Origin: the human T2T-CHM13v2.0 reference genome, Homo sapiens | Length of the DNA stretch: 64,000 bases | Reading direction: 5' to 3' (one strand) | Assembly (NCBI RefSeq): GCF_009914755.1 | Contig: NC_060944.1 | Part shown: piece after piece, positions 13,973 to 26,460 of the stretch | Layout: every line of letters starts with the position of its first letter | Numbering within the stretch: position 1 is the stretch's first letter | The notes under the pieces: model-generated | Database searches by the model: none | Told to the model about the DNA's origin: nothing | Seen by the model: only the letters and a program-made list of their open reading frames with translations | Translations under genes and position numbers: made by a program

Positions 13973-14193
13973 ACTGGTGTAAATAACTTTTAATATGAAA
14001 ATATACAAAAATGCTGTAGAAAGAGCACAATGAACACCCAGATTTATCTATTGCTAGCATTCTGATCTATTTGTTTATAAACACATACACATAAATGTAA
14101 CTTTTGTAAACCATTAGGGAGTGGGTTGCATACATCATGGCTCTTTACTTTTAGATTCTTAAGTGTGTATTTCCTAAGGAAAAGAATATTTTC

Positions 14194-14482
14194 TTTTTTT
14201 TGAGACGGAGTCTTGCTCTGTTGCCCAGGCTGAAGTGCAGTGGCGTGATCTCGGCTCACTGCAAGCTCTGCCTCCTGGGTTCACGCCATTCTCCTGCCTC
14301 AGCCTCCTGAGCAGCCGGGACTACAGGTGCCTGCCACCACACCTGGCTAATTTTTTGTGTTTTTAGTAGAGACTGGGTTTCACCGTGTTAGCCAGGATGG
14401 TCTTGACCTCCTGACCTTGTGATCTGCCCACCTTGGCCTCCCAAAGTGCTGGGATTACAGGTGTGAGCCACCACGCCTGGCC
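14194..14482 (-). mobile_element. AluY/Sc
   Basis: Full dimer with TTCACGCCATTCTCC and GTTAGCCAGGATGG diagnostics; exact 14-bp TSD AAGAATATTTTCTT at 14182-14195 and 14483-14496. Confidence 0.95.
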
Positions 14483-14969
14483 AAGAATATTTTCTTACAT
14501 AACCATAATCACTTGTAGATTTCAGGACATTTATAAAACGACTTTCCTTCCAGTATATGATTCAGTCTAGGATTACACATTTCATTTAATTGCCATGTCT
14601 CTTTAGTTTTCTTTAATCTGGAACTATTCCTTAGCCTTTGTTTTCAGTTATAACATTGATATTTTTAAATACAACCCTCACCTTATAATGAAATATGCCT
14701 CATTTAGGGATTCCTTCGAATCCTTCAGGACTAGATTGAGGTTGTACATTCTCATCTAGAATATTGCATGGGGGATACAATGCCCTTGTCAAGATATCAC
14801 ATTCAGAGGCATACAATGTCTATCTGCCCCTCATTAGTGACATAGATTTTGATGATACAGTCAGTGTTGTCCAAGTTATTCCCCATCAAATGGTTATTCA
14901 ATTTCTGCACAGTATAGTTAGGATGTTTCCTTTTCGATTAATAAAACAGTCTGTCAAAGACACTTGAGA

Positions 14970-15036
14970 TCTTCCAACTATCTATCTTCTCATCAAAATT
15001 TCTTCCAACTATCTACCTTCTCATCAAAATTTCTTC
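14970..15036. repeat. 31-bp tandem duplication
   Basis: TCTTCCAACTATCTA(T/C)CTTCTCATCAAAATT x2 plus TCTTC. Confidence 0.93.
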
Positions 15037-15825
15037 ATTAATTTAGCATTCTTTGATGATCCTTGCCTGATCCAATCTTTGCTATAATGGTTGAAAAATA
15101 ATGATTTTTCCAACTCCGGCTCATCAGCCTTATCTACTAGTCAGTAATCAGCATTTTATTTAAGCAAGAGCCCTCCTTCTCTCCTGTTTATTTATTGATT
15201 TGTCTAGCTATTTTTGGTACAGATTCATGAATTACCATCCTTAAATACTTTGGTGTGCATATTGTCCTCTATGGAGATGGCAAGAGCTCCTTCAACCTAG
15301 TCCCGTGTCCTTGATCCTTTTGCCATAACTGTATATGTGTGTGCACGCACACACACATGCTTGTTTTTTCTTTTGAGATTTTTTAAATTTTTTAAACTTT
15401 CTGGTGTAACAAACAACTCTGGACAGAATTATTTTCTTTGGCCTTGTAACAGAAACTCACAAGCTCATGAAGTGATCAACTTCAGAACTACTGCCTTCAT
15501 TAATTCTTTGTTATAAGCAACTAAGCTATGACCGCAACCCTTACTGAAAGTTGCTTATCAGTCACACAGCTTATCTAAAAGCTCTTTCCCTTAGAAATGG
15601 CCTTGGTTGGTTCAGAATTTCAGCCCTGAAGCCTGACCATATTCTTATTCAGTGCTCTTTCTACTTCTGGGCTCAGGTGTTTCCTGCAATTTGAGATTGA
15701 TAGATGGTTAAGCTAATATGTTACCAGGCAACGAAGATTATGAATCACAAATTCATACAATAATGTATTTTCACCATGGTGCTCTGTGGGATAAAGAAAA
15801 GCTGGGGTTAAAAATGGAGGATGTT

Positions 15826-15970
15826 CTGAGACTGGAGAATCGCTTGAACACGGGAAGCGGAGATTGCAGTGAGCCAAGATCGCGCCACTGGCACTCCAGC
15901 CTGAGCGACAGAGCGAGACTCTGTCTAAAACAAAAAAAAAAAAAAAAAAAAAAAAAAAGAAAGAAAGGAA
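15826..15970 (+). mobile_element. 5'-truncated Alu right-arm fragment with long poly(A)
   Basis: GAGAATCGCTTGAAC...GCGAGACTCTGTCT followed by an A tail; TSD AAATGGAGGATGTT / AAATGGAAGATGTT. Confidence 0.92.
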
Positions 15971-16202
15971 AGAAATGGAAGATGTTATGGAGAGCTCAGA
16001 CTTCTCATGGAAGCCTTCTTGCTATCTCTAAGATCTTTGCCCGAGATGCCCCCTTTAGATTGGTGAGTTGGAGCAATGTCTCTTTCAGCTCATCCCCAGA
16101 GGAGAAAACAAAGGACAATTAAAGACTTGACAAGTCACCAAAACATTCTTTCTTTGAAATACTCTAAGATGCAGTTATCTAACATTAACATCAAGACCCA
16201 TA

Positions 16203-16643
16203 TGTGGTGGGCACTGTTGGTGCCTTACCCAGATCCCTTGTACCGGGACAGTACCCCCATACTTAGCTGCTATGAATGTTGGCAGCTAAAAGGTCACAGC
16301 TGCTCCCTTCTGTAGAGAATTCTTCTAAGCTAAAGAGAGCTCCATGCCCAGGAGGCTAAGCTCATTCCCCACTTGGCCTCAGGGCAACACGAAGCCAGGG
16401 ATACAGATGCTGATCCCTTTACCTCAAATTGGGCCCAACTCTGGCGTAATCATGCTCCATGGATCCCCAGAGGATCAGGGTTAGACTGGACTTCAGAGGA
16501 GCCCAGTCCTGCTTAGCTAGTTCCCTTCTCCCATCTGCTTCTTTCCCTCCCTTAGAGATCTCCCGATTGCACTCTCAATAAATTATATGTCATGGGACTG
16601 AAATTCCCGTCTGAGGCCCTGTATCTAGGGAACCCAACCTACA
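16203..16643 (+). mobile_element. LTR16-family ERVL solo LTR
   Basis: TGTGGTGGGCACTGTTGGTGCC...CCCAGATCCC start; CTCAATAAA...CTAGGGAACCCAACCT end. Confidence 0.75.
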
Positions 16644-16804
16644 TATGTCAGAATAATCTGGGAAACATTTTAAAGTTATAAATAATCTCATATGTAAGTG
16701 ATTTTAAAAATAAGCAGAAATGCATATCTTTGACATGAATCATTTGAAAAAAGGAAAAATAATATTTTAAACCATGCTGTAATATCCTAGTACTAATATT
16801 CATT

Positions 16805-17480
16805 TAAAAGCATCACCATCTCCCAGTTGTATTAGTTGGAAGTCCCAAAGCCATCTTTGACTTTTTTCCCTCTGACCTGCTTTCAACCAGATGCAACCTT
16901 TGACTGCAGAATCGCTCACTTCTGCAGCCCACTTCACACTCCCAGTCAAGAACATCATGACCTCTTCCCTAACATGTCCTCCTTGCTGTTATTTCTCCTC
17001 CTTTCTTCCCCTCCTCTATTCCCTACCACATCTGTCATGCAGGTCAAGCTCTGCATCCGGCAAAACCCACACTGGTCTCAGCTGGTCTCTCTAGCTTCCT
17101 CCTGGTCCACTGGCCTCCTTGTACCATTTGCTTTCTCTATATTCAGAATAAACTCTGACAGTGTTCTGCATATTCTTATCTTTCTTGTCTTTGAGCTTGC
17201 TTCCCCTCCACTCAAAATGTTTCCTCTCCACCTTCCCTGCTTGAAATCCTATGAAAATTCAGTTCAAATGCTTGTGTCTCCATGAAGCCTTCCAAGATTC
17301 CCTGAAAAAAAGCCAGTTTCTCTTTCTCCCATATTTCCTCTGGCTTTTATTATTTCTCTAGCAAGGCTCTTCCCGTATTCTACTTGTCACTTTATCACCA
17401 GTGAATGCATCTCACTTCTGCACTGTGCCATAAGTGATTGAGGAAAATAATTGTATGTTATTCCTTTCTATGTCCATCTC
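16805..17480 (+). mobile_element. L2 3' fragments (approximate)
   Basis: CACCATCTCCCAGTTG...CCATCTTTGAC and TTCAAATG...CCATGAAGCCTTCC L2 motifs. Confidence 0.55.
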
Positions 17481-17641
17481 TTCAGTTCACCCCGCTTCTG
17501 ACCTTTTAAGCTTGGTCAGCTTACCTATATCCTGCATGGTTCATTAAAAATAACAGCAGAAAACAATGTCTGTCCCAGATAATGCCTCAGATCATTCCTT
17601 ATCGACATGTCACACCCTGCTTCTTGCTTTTCTGTCTTTAA

Positions 17642-17689
17642 GCTCACCTTTGCCTTTTCTGCCTTTATGCTCACCTTTGCCTTTTCTGC
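17642..17689. repeat. 27-bp period tandem duplication
   Basis: GCTCACCTTTGCCTTTTCTGC at 17642 and 17669. Confidence 0.9.
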
Positions 17690-18179
17690 TTCTTGTCCAT
17701 TTAAATTTAGTGACCATTACTACTTGTCCTTTTGAACTTTTGTATTTAGTTTATAGTTTGGCTCTGGGCTCAACCCATTTGGTGTCCCCTGCAGCCTTGG
17801 GTGAGAGTTGCTTTCCCAAAGCACATACTTATCAAGGATGCAATATGTATGTGTATTCTAGAGCCCATGGGAACACTCAGCCCTGGTTGCTTTCAATGAG
17901 CACTCGGTCTATCAGTATAATTTCATTTCAAGCATCCTTTGAGGAAATCAGAAAGGTGACAGCTTATCTACTGTTAGCTCCCCTGCAGCTCTCCATTCAA
18001 GGTAAGGCAACCACGCCTAGACTCTCCCTTGAGTTTTTCTGGTCAGTTGCCTGGCCAGGAGAAACAGGCTCCAGCCTCTCAGGCCATTCTACTCTCCCTC
18101 TCCCCCTTTCCTGTAGTTGCTATCAATCTTCCTACTGTGAACATGAGAAGTCATTTCCATCCTATTAAACACTGATGCT

Positions 18180-18752
18180 ATTGAGAACTCTTTGGTTGCA
18201 GATGACAGAATATATAGTTCATGTGGTGTCAACAAAATGGGGAACTTATTTGTTCTTATAATTTAAACTTCCAGGGTGTGTCTGACCTTAAGTGCTGTAA
18301 GACTCAGCTGTAGTAACAGCATTTTCAGGAATCTGTGTCTTTTCATCCCTTGACAGTAAGAAATTTTTCTCCATATAAGATTTAATCTCAGAAAGGCTAT
18401 TCCACACAGTAGTGATTTGGCCTCCAACAGATAAGGATTTATATTGTACTAATTTGGTCACTCTGGAGGAAACAGAGTTCAATCTTCACAAATTTGAGCC
18501 TGAATCATTGGACTCTTTGGGGTCCTAGGTCCAAATTCTTGAACCGAGCACCTTGGCTGGGGAAGTAAAATACTCTGATTGCACTGGTCTGAGTCCTAGG
18601 TCATCTCTGGAGTTCAGAGGTGAGGTTGATTTCACTCAAACCATATAGACTGACTTTGGGGAAGAGACTTTTCTTCAAAAGAAATGTAAATATAAGCTCC
18701 AGAAGAAGGGGAGATGGATACTGGGTGTCTCAAGTGATATACATCTACTATA
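18180..18752 (-). mobile_element. Old MLT1K/L-like LTR (approximate)
   Basis: CTCTTTGGTTGCAGATGACAGAA start; AGAAGAAGGGGAGATGGATACTGGG end. Confidence 0.55.
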
Positions 18753-19261
18753 TTCCTTTTCACCTGCACTTTCCCATGAGATAAGCAGCTACGAGAGGCT
18801 AAAGATCAAAGAATTTCTTATAGGTAAAGTCATTGGACTGGGCCATGGCTCAATGAGACTTTCTGATAAATGGAAATGTTAAGCCAATTGATATTTACAA
18901 CTTCTTTTATATACAAATTACATGTTTCCCAATGGGTCAGAATATTTTATTTACTTTATTCAAATGTTAATTTGCTTTTCATCTCTGTTTTTTTTTTCTA
19001 CTCCCTCCTCTAATCATTTAACCATGCCGTCTGAATTTTCTTTCCTCAAGGATTTTTACAAGACTGAAAGAATTTTCTTGAAATGTAGAGCCTTTACTCT
19101 TCTTTGTAAAATCTTAAGGGAACATTTCTAAGTGTCCTGGAGAGGGTGGAGAGAGATGAACAAGTCTAAGGGAGAAGCTAGAGACTAGACATTTCCCCAA
19201 CTTGGTAAGCTGCTGAAGGGCTTGGAGCATATTCAGCCTTCTTGATCATGGAAATAGTAGA

Positions 19262-19500
19262 AAACTGTTTGAGGAGTACTTACATTGTATCAGACCCACT
19301 ACTAAGTCTTTTATGTATATGATTTGATTATTCAATTCATCAGCACAATTCTTCAGGAAAAACGGTCTCAATGCCATTTTAGAGACAATGAGCTAACTGT
19401 AGACTTAGGCAGTTTGAGGCACACATATTAGACCAAGTAGGATTTGACTCTAGGCATGTGGGGATCTTGAACCCATAGCCTTTCTGTTGTTACACTACAG
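19262..19500 (-). mobile_element. MIR (degenerate)
   Basis: GAGTACTTAC...CCATTTTAGAG...GGATTTGACTCTAGG layout. Confidence 0.5.
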
Positions 19501-19908
19501 GTTAGCCAAAGCAAAGGTCATTTACCCATGCTTTTCTGTGTTTCCAGTGAAAAGGGAACTGGAAGTCACAAAGAACCAACGAGTTGGTCTACGCGTAGGT
19601 TTTACAACCAATGAGAGGGAGGCTGTCCGCCAGTGTGTGGACCCTGGCTCAGCCAACTTCAAGCTGTTATCTTTTACCAGTGTTTGGTATGTTCGCATCC
19701 TGGTTCATACCTTTAGTTTTGTTTCCTCCCTACAAGCTCAGGATTCATGGAAGTTCTCATGGAGAGTGATGGGGACCATGGTCCAGAGACCAAAAAGATA
19801 GGAGTGAAAGACTTTGGGAGGTCCCAGTTTTCTTTAATTGCACTTACATAGGCCTTTGCTTATTGGTAGAAAAATGTCTATTAAATTTTCTCTTTCCAGT
19901 TTAATTCC

Positions 19909-20203
19909 TTTTTTTTTTTTCGAGACAGAGTCTTGCTCTGTCACCCAGGCTGAAGTGCAGTGGCGTGATTTCGGCTCACTGCAACCTCCACCTCCAGGGT
20001 TCAAGTAATTCTGCCTCAGCCTCCCGAGTAGCTGGGATTACAGGCACCTGCTACGCCACCACACCCGGCTAATTTTTGTATTTTTAGTAGAGACAGTGTT
20101 TTACCAGGTTGGTCAGGCTGGTCTCGAATTCCTGACCTTGTGATCCGCCCGCCTTGGCCTCCCAAAGTGCTGGGATTACAGGCGTGAGCCACCTCACTGG
20201 GCC
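19909..20203 (-). mobile_element. AluS (Sg-like)
   Basis: Full dimer with poly-T; CCTGACCTTGTGATCC lacks the Sx 2-bp insertion. Confidence 0.93.
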
Positions 20204-21022
20204 TACCTAGTTGCTTTTAAAACTGCTTTCCATTTTGTCTGAATTGACTCCTAAGTGGTTCTTTGTAAGTGAAAGTGTCTTATAAGTTTCAAAACACTAT
20301 GAAAATGTTAGTTGTAGCTGTGTCAGTAATTGATATTTAAAGAGAGAAAAAACTTCATTTTGACTGTCCCACTCTTCTTAAATTTGAGAAGCTCTGAACT
20401 CTGACATCTAATTATTCTCATAATTATAGCTAGAGAGAGGGAGAATTAAAAGTAAAATTCAAGCAATTACATGTACAAGGGCAAAAGTTGTTATGTTAAA
20501 ATGCATAGTCCATTGTAATTTTTTACTTAAGATGGTTGTAAAAGAAAGCATCTAGGTGCAGGAAGTGGGAGCAAGGCCTATACATTAAAATGTTGACCTC
20601 AAAGACCCACAAATGCATTTTTAATTTTTTCAGCCCCAAATAGATATCTTAGATAAAAGTATTATGTGTGAGACATGAGGTAATCTTGTAGCTTTATAGA
20701 AAGACAAAAATTTTTTTCTAATAAATATTTCTAGATTTTTGAGTATTCATTTATTATATACCTATATCTTAGGTATGTTTATTACAAGCCTAAAAATATC
20801 TTTTCATTCCACAAATGCCAACAAGACTAGAATTTCTCATTAGAACCAGCTAAATTGAGGATAGAATTAAAACAAGTGGAATCTTAGTAGCAATTGGTAA
20901 TTTAAAAAAAGAGTAAACACATTCTTCATGGAAAGGAAACTACCTCTCCCAGCCCTGCTGTGGATAATGTTCTGTTTATTGATTTGCTTATTTCTTTACC
21001 CACAGGTTACTGGATCTATGTT

Positions 21023-21615
21023 TTAATTTTTTTTAACTTTTTGTTTTGAAACAATTGCAAGTTCACAGGAAGTTACAAAGAAATCAAAGGGAGGCCCTGT
21101 GAACCCTTTACCCATCCTCCTGCAATGTAAACATCTTGCATAACTGCAGTACTATTATCAAACTCAGGAAATCAATATTGGCACAATACACAAAGCTTAT
21201 TCGGATTTCACCAGTTGCACATGCAATAGTGTGTGCATGTGTGTGTATCTTTATGCAATTTTATCCCAAGTGTAGCTATGTGACCCCCACCATCATCAAA
21301 ATACAGCAGAACTTTTATCACCATGGGGCTCCCGCATGCTGCCCCTTTACAGCCATGCCCACCTTCTCCTCTCAGGGCTAACCCCTGTTAACCACTAACC
21401 TGTTCACTGTCACTCTAACTGTGTCATTTCAGGAATTCTATATACATGGAATCATGCAGCATATATTTCTTTCATACTGGTAATTTTCATTCAGCATAAT
21501 TTTCTTGAGGTTTATCCAAGTTGTTGTGTGTATGAATAGTGTTCCTTTTTATTCCTAGTGGTGTTCTATGATGAATGTACCACAGTTTGTTTAGCCGTTT
21601 GCTCCTTGAAGGACT
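21023..21615 (-). mobile_element. L1M 3' end fragment
   Basis: TTTTGAAACAATTGCAAGTTCACAGGAAG...ATGGAATCATGCAG...TTCATTCAGCATAAT...ACCACAGTTTGTTTA. Confidence 0.8.
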
Positions 21616-21899
21616 TATAAATGTAGAAATGTATTTAGCAATTTCTATGTATATTTTAGTTGAGTGGCTAATGAATATTAGACATAAGCTGGTTGGTTAT
21701 GAAACAGGCTTTGATTACCAGGAGTGTTGGTTTTAAACAAAGGGAGAATAAGAACGAGGCAGCCATCTAGGTAACTTCCTGCTAGAAGGTGTGGCCGTGG
21801 AATTCTTCCTGGATCTTGAAGATGCTGCTAAGAAGAGTGGAAATCAGAACAAAGTCCCAGATTTGAGCAGTCCCCCAATTTATAGAATGGCAATAGATT

Positions 21900-22060
21900 A
21901 CTTCCGTACTTTTCCAACATTAACGTGCATATGAATCACTTAACCATCTTGAGAAAATGCAGATTCTAACTCAGAAGGCCTGAAAGGGCCTGAGATTTTG
22001 CCATTCTATCAAGCTCCCAGGTGATACTGAGGCTGCTGGTCCACAGAGCTCTCTTTGAGA
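21900..22060. mobile_element. MER5A hAT-Charlie DNA transposon
   Basis: AAAATGCAGATTCT...GGGCCTGAGATTTTGC...AAGCTCCCAGGTGAT...GCTGCTGGTCC. Confidence 0.8.
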
Positions 22061-22806
22061 TGAGATAATAGCTGAGATTCCCCTATCACTTAAAATACTT
22101 TTCCTGGCTTTCTTTAGACAGGATTAGAGGCTAAGCAATCAAAGTGCTGGGGATAGAAGATTACCTGGCAGGAATTCAGAAACTCAAGATATGCCATTGA
22201 GAGAACTGAGAGGCTAGAGAACCAGCCAGTCCTGCCTCCTTATGGGCTCACCTGGGATTGGCATTTGGGAACTGCGGATCACTTCTCCAGGACCAGAGCT
22301 TTGGCCCTTTTGAGCAGCCATGGCAAAGAGCATGTCTGGTGGGACTTGGTGAGTCTCTGCAGTACCCAGGTCTTAAATACTGTATATATCCTAAATGAAC
22401 CCCTGGGAGCCCACTTAAGAAGGCTTACTAGGAATACGAAGGACAGTTAGCAGTGAGTAATGGACTAGGTTGCTCTGTAGGCTCAGTGATGTGGAGGCTC
22501 GGGTCAATGATGCTGAGCCGTTGACAGCACTGCGTGTGTGTAGTGTTGGCAGTGGAAGAATTTTCCTCTTCTTATTTCATTTTGCTTTCATGCAAGAAAG
22601 TGGTTAGATTTATTCTAGGTCCTTCCAACAGAGCTTAAATAATTAGTCCCAATAAGTTGAAAATTTGAGTCAAAAATAAGAATAGTTTTGACAATTGTTG
22701 CTGACTGTCAACATTCCAGGTTGACTTATGAAGTGATGTCATTCTGGTGTGAGGCACAATGCAAGAGGGTGCTCTATTGGATCTATACAATGATCAAGTG
22801 GGAAGA

Positions 22807-23152
22807 CGGTCAGCCAGTTCTTTCTGTGAGGAGCCAGACAGTAAGTAAGTAAGTAAGTAAGTAAGAAGTCAGGCCATGTGGTCTCTGTTACAATCACTCA
22901 GCTCTCCTGTTGTAGCACAAATGCAGTCTCATAGAGAATATGTAAATGAACATGCATGGCTATGTTCCAATAAGACATTATTTATGGACAAGAAAATTTA
23001 AATTTTATAGCTTTCATGTGTCACAGAATATTGTTCATCTTTTGTTGTTTTGTTAAGCTATTTAAAAATATGAAAACCGTCCATAGCTCACAAACCATTC
23101 AGAAACATCCAGCAGGCCACTGTTGGCTTGTGGTTCTGTTTGCCAGCCCCTG
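22807..23152. mobile_element. MER58B hAT DNA transposon containing (GTAA)6 at 22841-22864
   Basis: TTTCTGTGAGGAGCCAGACAGTAA...GGTCTCTGTTACAA...GGCTATGTTCCAATAA...TTTGCCAGCCCCTG. Confidence 0.82.
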
Positions 23153-24496
23153 GACTAGATAAACCTCCAGATATCAAGAGTCTGGGGGAGTGAGGAATCT
23201 GCCCTTGTTTGGCATCCTCTGAGAAGTGGTTTCCTCCAGCTGAGAAAGAAGGACTTACCTTCCCCAGGTAAATCCTGCTGAAATGTGTTTCAGAGAGAGA
23301 TGGCTGTTTCACGGAATCTTACCATGCCAGAAGATCCAATGGTGTTTGCTGCTTGCAGTGGGAACTAGGATCTGGGCTGCCCAAGGTTTTCCTTTCTCAG
23401 ACTCCAAGCAATAGATTCAGCCCAGGTTCCGTATCCTCTGCCCCAGAGGGTTTTCCCCCTTTCATCCGGCTTGCTCTGTGGGGCAGGCTGATGTGCCTGT
23501 AAACAACAGCCCTTCAGAATAATCCCTGGCTTCGTTACAGCTTTCTGAGGTTGAACTTTGTGGTGCTTTCAGTTACTGTGACTGGCTGTTAATGCTTTCC
23601 GTGGTTCTTGAATGAGCATCTTAGAGCAACAACCCTGTGCTTTCTGCTGCAGATGTCAATATGCACCCCTATCTGATAATCAATATTAGGGGTTACTGCA
23701 AACACAATCATTCCCTGGGTGGATAAGTAAAGTGAATCTGTTCCCGGCTGAATGCTGTCTTTTGTCTTAACCTTTCCACTGCCTTTATCTCATCAGTGAA
23801 GTTTCTTAGATCAGACCAAGGGGGCAGAAAATGGTTTGATCTCTGTTCACAGAAGAAGAAATGAAAAAAGCAAGGGGTTGAGAAATTTTTGTAAGGTCAC
23901 TGAGCAAGTCCCTGACTGAGCTGGAATGAACATGAACATGCACAAGCATAAAATTCTGAAGCTGATCAGTCTTTCTGCTATATATATATATCCTATTCTC
24001 TTCAGAAATACATTTCCACATCTTAGAATTAAATGACTGCATTTCCAGGTATAGAACTTGTATTTCAAGAGCAAGATGGGCTGGGGATTATAAAATACTA
24101 ACCAGGAAAAAAATGGCTGGCTTCACAGAGAATTGATAATCGGTTCGTAGCAAATAATGTGCTACTGTAGGTGAATAATGCATCAAGGATAGTACTAATA
24201 GAAAAAGACTAAATTTATGTATACTATGGAGGAAGGACAGTATTCAGAATTTAAAAGGCCTTCAGTTGCATTTGATTCAACCAACTGAGCTGATCATGAA
24301 TTGAAGCAGACTTAGCATGTATTGGATTATAATAGCCATTCAAGGCTTAAGAACAAAGCTTTATAAGAAAGTTAAAATATCTAATTACTCAAGTAATTCT
24401 AACAAAATCAGGAAAAGAAAGGAATTACAAAACATAATATTAATATAATTAATACATAGTATATGAAATATATTTTTGAAATTGCTGAATTACTGA

Positions 24497-24838
24497 CTTT
24501 ATGAACTAAATGTTTGTGTCCCCCCAAAATTCATATGTTGAGGTCTTAGTTCTCAATAAAATAGTATTAGGAGGTGGGGACTTGGGATGATAATTAGGTC
24601 ATGAAGGTGAACCTTTCACGAATGGGATTAGTGCCCTTATCAGAAGCCAGGTAGCTAGCTAGCTGTCTTACCTCCACGTGAGGATTCAACAAGAAGTTGG
24701 CAGTCTGCAATCCAGAAGGCCTTCACCAGATCTCAGATGCAAGCCTCCAGAACTCTGAGAAATAAATTCAAGTAAAACCCAATTTCTCTTGTGTATACTG
24801 GTCGATGACATTTTATTATAGCAGCCTGAATGGAACAA
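24497..24838 (+). mobile_element. MLT1A-type LTR
   Basis: AAATGTTTGTGTCCCCCCAAAATTCATATGTTGA...GAATGGGATTAGTGCCCTTAT...TTATAGCAGCCTGAATGGA. Confidence 0.85.
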
Positions 24839-25009
24839 CTTATAAGTAACAGAAAAAAAGCCCATGAAGTACAATTTATAGAAGAAACACAATAGTAAAA
24901 AAAAATAATAAAAAATAAATTGAGCCTAAAAAAGATCCCCCAACTAAAATGAAAAATCACTTTATTGGATTAAATTAGCAATGATTTTTAAAAAAACACA
25001 TGATTCAGT

Positions 25010-25822
25010 AAAACCACTATATCAGTATATACACCTATCAAAATAACTATAATAAAAAAAATAGTGACAGCATCAAATGCTAACTAGCAAGGATGAGGAG
25101 AAACTAGATTACTCAGAAATTGTTATGAGAATGTGAAATGGTACAGCCACTCTGGAAAACAGATGGGCAGTTTCTCATAAAAATAAATTTGTAACAGCCA
25201 TGTGACCCAGAAATTGCACTCTTGAACATTTATCTCAGAGAAATGAAAATGATGTTGACACAAAAACAGGAATACAAATGTTCATGGTAGTTTTATTCAC
25301 TACAGTCCCAAACTAAAAACAACTCTGATGTGTTTCAGGAAGTGAATGGTTAAATAAACTGTGGTACATTATTATCATGTATTATTACTCAGCAATACAA
25401 AGGAGCAGCCATATTGATATGCAACAAACTAGATAAATCTCCAAAGAATTATGCTCGGTGAAGAAAGGAAGCACTCAAATTTGCATACTGTATGATTCCC
25501 TTTATGTAACATTCTTGAAATGACAAAATTATAGAAATGAATAGACTACTGGTTGCCTGAAATTAAGGATGAGATGGGGACAGGAGGAAAGTGGGTGTAG
25601 CTATAGAAAGGCAACATAAGGAATCTTTGTGGTGATGTTAATATTCTATATCTCCACTGTATTAGTGTCAATATCATGGTTTTGATATTATACCCAAATT
25701 TTCCAAGATGTTACCACCAGTGCGATACATACGGTAAAATGTATGCGGAACTTATCTGTATTAACTCCAAAAACTATGTGAATCTACAATGATCTCAAAA
25801 TGATGAGTTAATTTTTTTAAAA
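25010..25822 (+). mobile_element. L1MC-type 3' end
   Basis: ATGGTACAGCCACTCTGGAAAAC...TGACCCAGAAATTGCACTC...CCAAGATGTTACCA...GTGAATCTACAAT. Confidence 0.82.
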
Positions 25823-26234
25823 AATTATGATTCTTAGAGTTCAAAAAGATGTAATGAAGTCTGCTTCTTACCTACATATTTGGTGTCCTATTTTCAAATA
25901 TGGGAAAGGTTTTGAAAATATTTTGAGAATAAAATGACCTGAAATATTTCCTATATCTGCCTTAGCCATCCATCCTACTTTTAAGAACTGATTTTAAGGA
26001 GTTAACAGAACATGTTTGTAAAGATTTCTGTGCAAATATGTTCAATGTTGCATTATTTACAACAGCAAAAATTTTCAAACACACACAATATTTAACAGTT
26101 AAGGAATATTTACAGTATTGATGGTACATACATGTTATAAACTCTAATGCAGAAATGAAACTTGTTTTTATAAGAGAGATAGTAGGCAAGATAGCAGATA
26201 AGATTCTAAGTAAGATAGACAAGCAGGTAAAAGA

Positions 26235-26460
26235 GGCAGTAGTGCCCTGCAGAGGGGTAAAGCATGTGGGCGCTGGCTCTTCAATTCATGGGGTTAAGAC
26301 TTGATAGCACTATGTGCTGACCTTGGGCTGGTTATTTAATATCTCTGTGTACCATTTTCTTCTTTGTAAAATAAAGGTAATGGGGTTGTTGCAAGGATCA
26401 CATGGTGCTAATAGTGGAAAGCACTTCCACTGGCACTCCATAATATCAACTACTTTTTTT
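26235..26460 (+). mobile_element. MIR (degenerate)
   Basis: TGACCTTGGGC...TTATTTAATATCTCTGTG...TGTAAAAT core. Confidence 0.6.

Larger units (their letters stand above)
13985..15420 (-). mobile_element. Old L1ME-type 3' region interrupted by an Alu (approximate)
   Basis: L1ME-like motifs (GTGTATTTCCTAAG, ATTTAATTGCCATGTCTCTTTAGT, CTTTAATCTGGAAC). Confidence 0.6.

Noticed and set aside
16836-17285. 149-aa ORF
   Set aside because: Lies in a decayed L2 fragment and has low complexity.
17566-18168. 200-aa + strand ORF
   Set aside because: Leu/Ser/Pro-rich, overlaps a pyrimidine tandem duplication, and has no recognisable domain or promoter context.
23662-23700. Imperfect hairpin CCCCTA...TAGGGG considered as a miRNA precursor
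   Set aside because: The stem is too short and mismatched.
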